Origin: Candidatus Woesearchaeota archaeon
GTDB lineage: Archaea > Nanobdellota > Nanobdellia > Woesearchaeales > UBA10216
Length of the DNA stretch: 27,814 bases
Direction: 5' to 3'
NCBI GenBank assembly: GCA_016180145.1
Contig: JACPBT010000007.1
Location: forward strand, 1 to 27,814
This document shows, one piece after another, positions 27,612-27,814 of the stretch. The notes under the pieces are model-generated. The model was not told the origin of the DNA. It was given only the letters and a program-made list of their open reading frames with translations, and made no database searches. The position numbers and the translations under genes were made by a program. Numbering within the stretch: position 1 is the stretch's first letter; the number at the start of each line of letters is the position of its first letter.

Positions 27612-27814
27612 ATGCACGACAACCAAGGCGCAAAGGCAGCAATAATCATTCTGGCACTGGTTGCAGCGCTTACAGCAATAGACTACATAGGAAATCAACA
27701 CAACAATGCAATAACAGGACACCAAACAGCAGAAGAAAGCAAAATACCCGGATTCGTGCTGGAAAAAGGATGGAACCTCATAGGAATAACAGACGACATG
27801 ACAGGCAAAACCAC
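27612..27814 (+). CDS. Secreted or surface protein (runs off the right edge)
   Basis: MHDNQGAKAAIIILALVAALTAIDYIG...NNAITG...FVLEKGWNLIG is open to the window end. TATA TTTATATA about 23 nt upstream. Confidence 0.65.
   Translation, partial: MHDNQGAKAAIIILALVAALTAIDYIGNQHNNAITGHQTAEESKIPGFVLEKGWNLIGITDDMTGKT

Noticed and set aside
27474-27725. 83-aa minus-strand ORF
   Set aside because: Antisense to the more convincing plus-strand secreted protein and spans the divergent promoters.
27612-27814. Suspected frameshifts in the terminal ORF
   Set aside because: Recounting codons against the antisense track ORF shows one continuous frame from ATG 27612 to the edge.
1-27814. CRISPR array, rRNA or IS element
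   Set aside because: No regularly spaced repeats, rRNA-like segments or transposase motifs were seen.

Overview
This is a gene-dense archaeal window, most likely from a DPANN (Woesearchaeota/Pacearchaeota-like) genome. Lineage evidence: RNase HII with a C-terminal PIP-box, RNase P subunit Rpp21, a Dph2 fragment, an A1:U72 initiator tRNA, a KAQ-type class III signal-peptide pilin and TATA/BRE promoters. From left to right it holds: a 3'-truncated AAA_14/DUF4143 ATPase; a BatA/VWA membrane operon; a 700-aa orphan with three apparent winged helices; rnhB; an ABC-2 exporter; a DUF4258/DUF2283-like toxin-antitoxin pair; tRNA-iMet(CAT); a 2342-aa Cys-rich surface protein with a membrane-anchored partner; a secreted transglutaminase-like protein; rpiB; an EamA transporter; a convergent RelE-like toxin/antitoxin pair; a stand-alone Dph2 N-terminal domain; rnp4; and a pilin-like gene. 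The main highlights: (1) the initiator tRNA is split by three BHB-type introns (29/30, 37/38, 44/45 or 45/46) whose splice structures compete with each other; (2) the giant protein joins thrombospondin type-1 repeats to an M64-like metalloprotease and a beta-helix; (3) that locus breaks an otherwise extreme strand-specific A/C bias; (4) a 19-bp exact intergenic motif recurs, inverted, 14 kb away. Domain names come from motif recognition by eye; no database searches were run.
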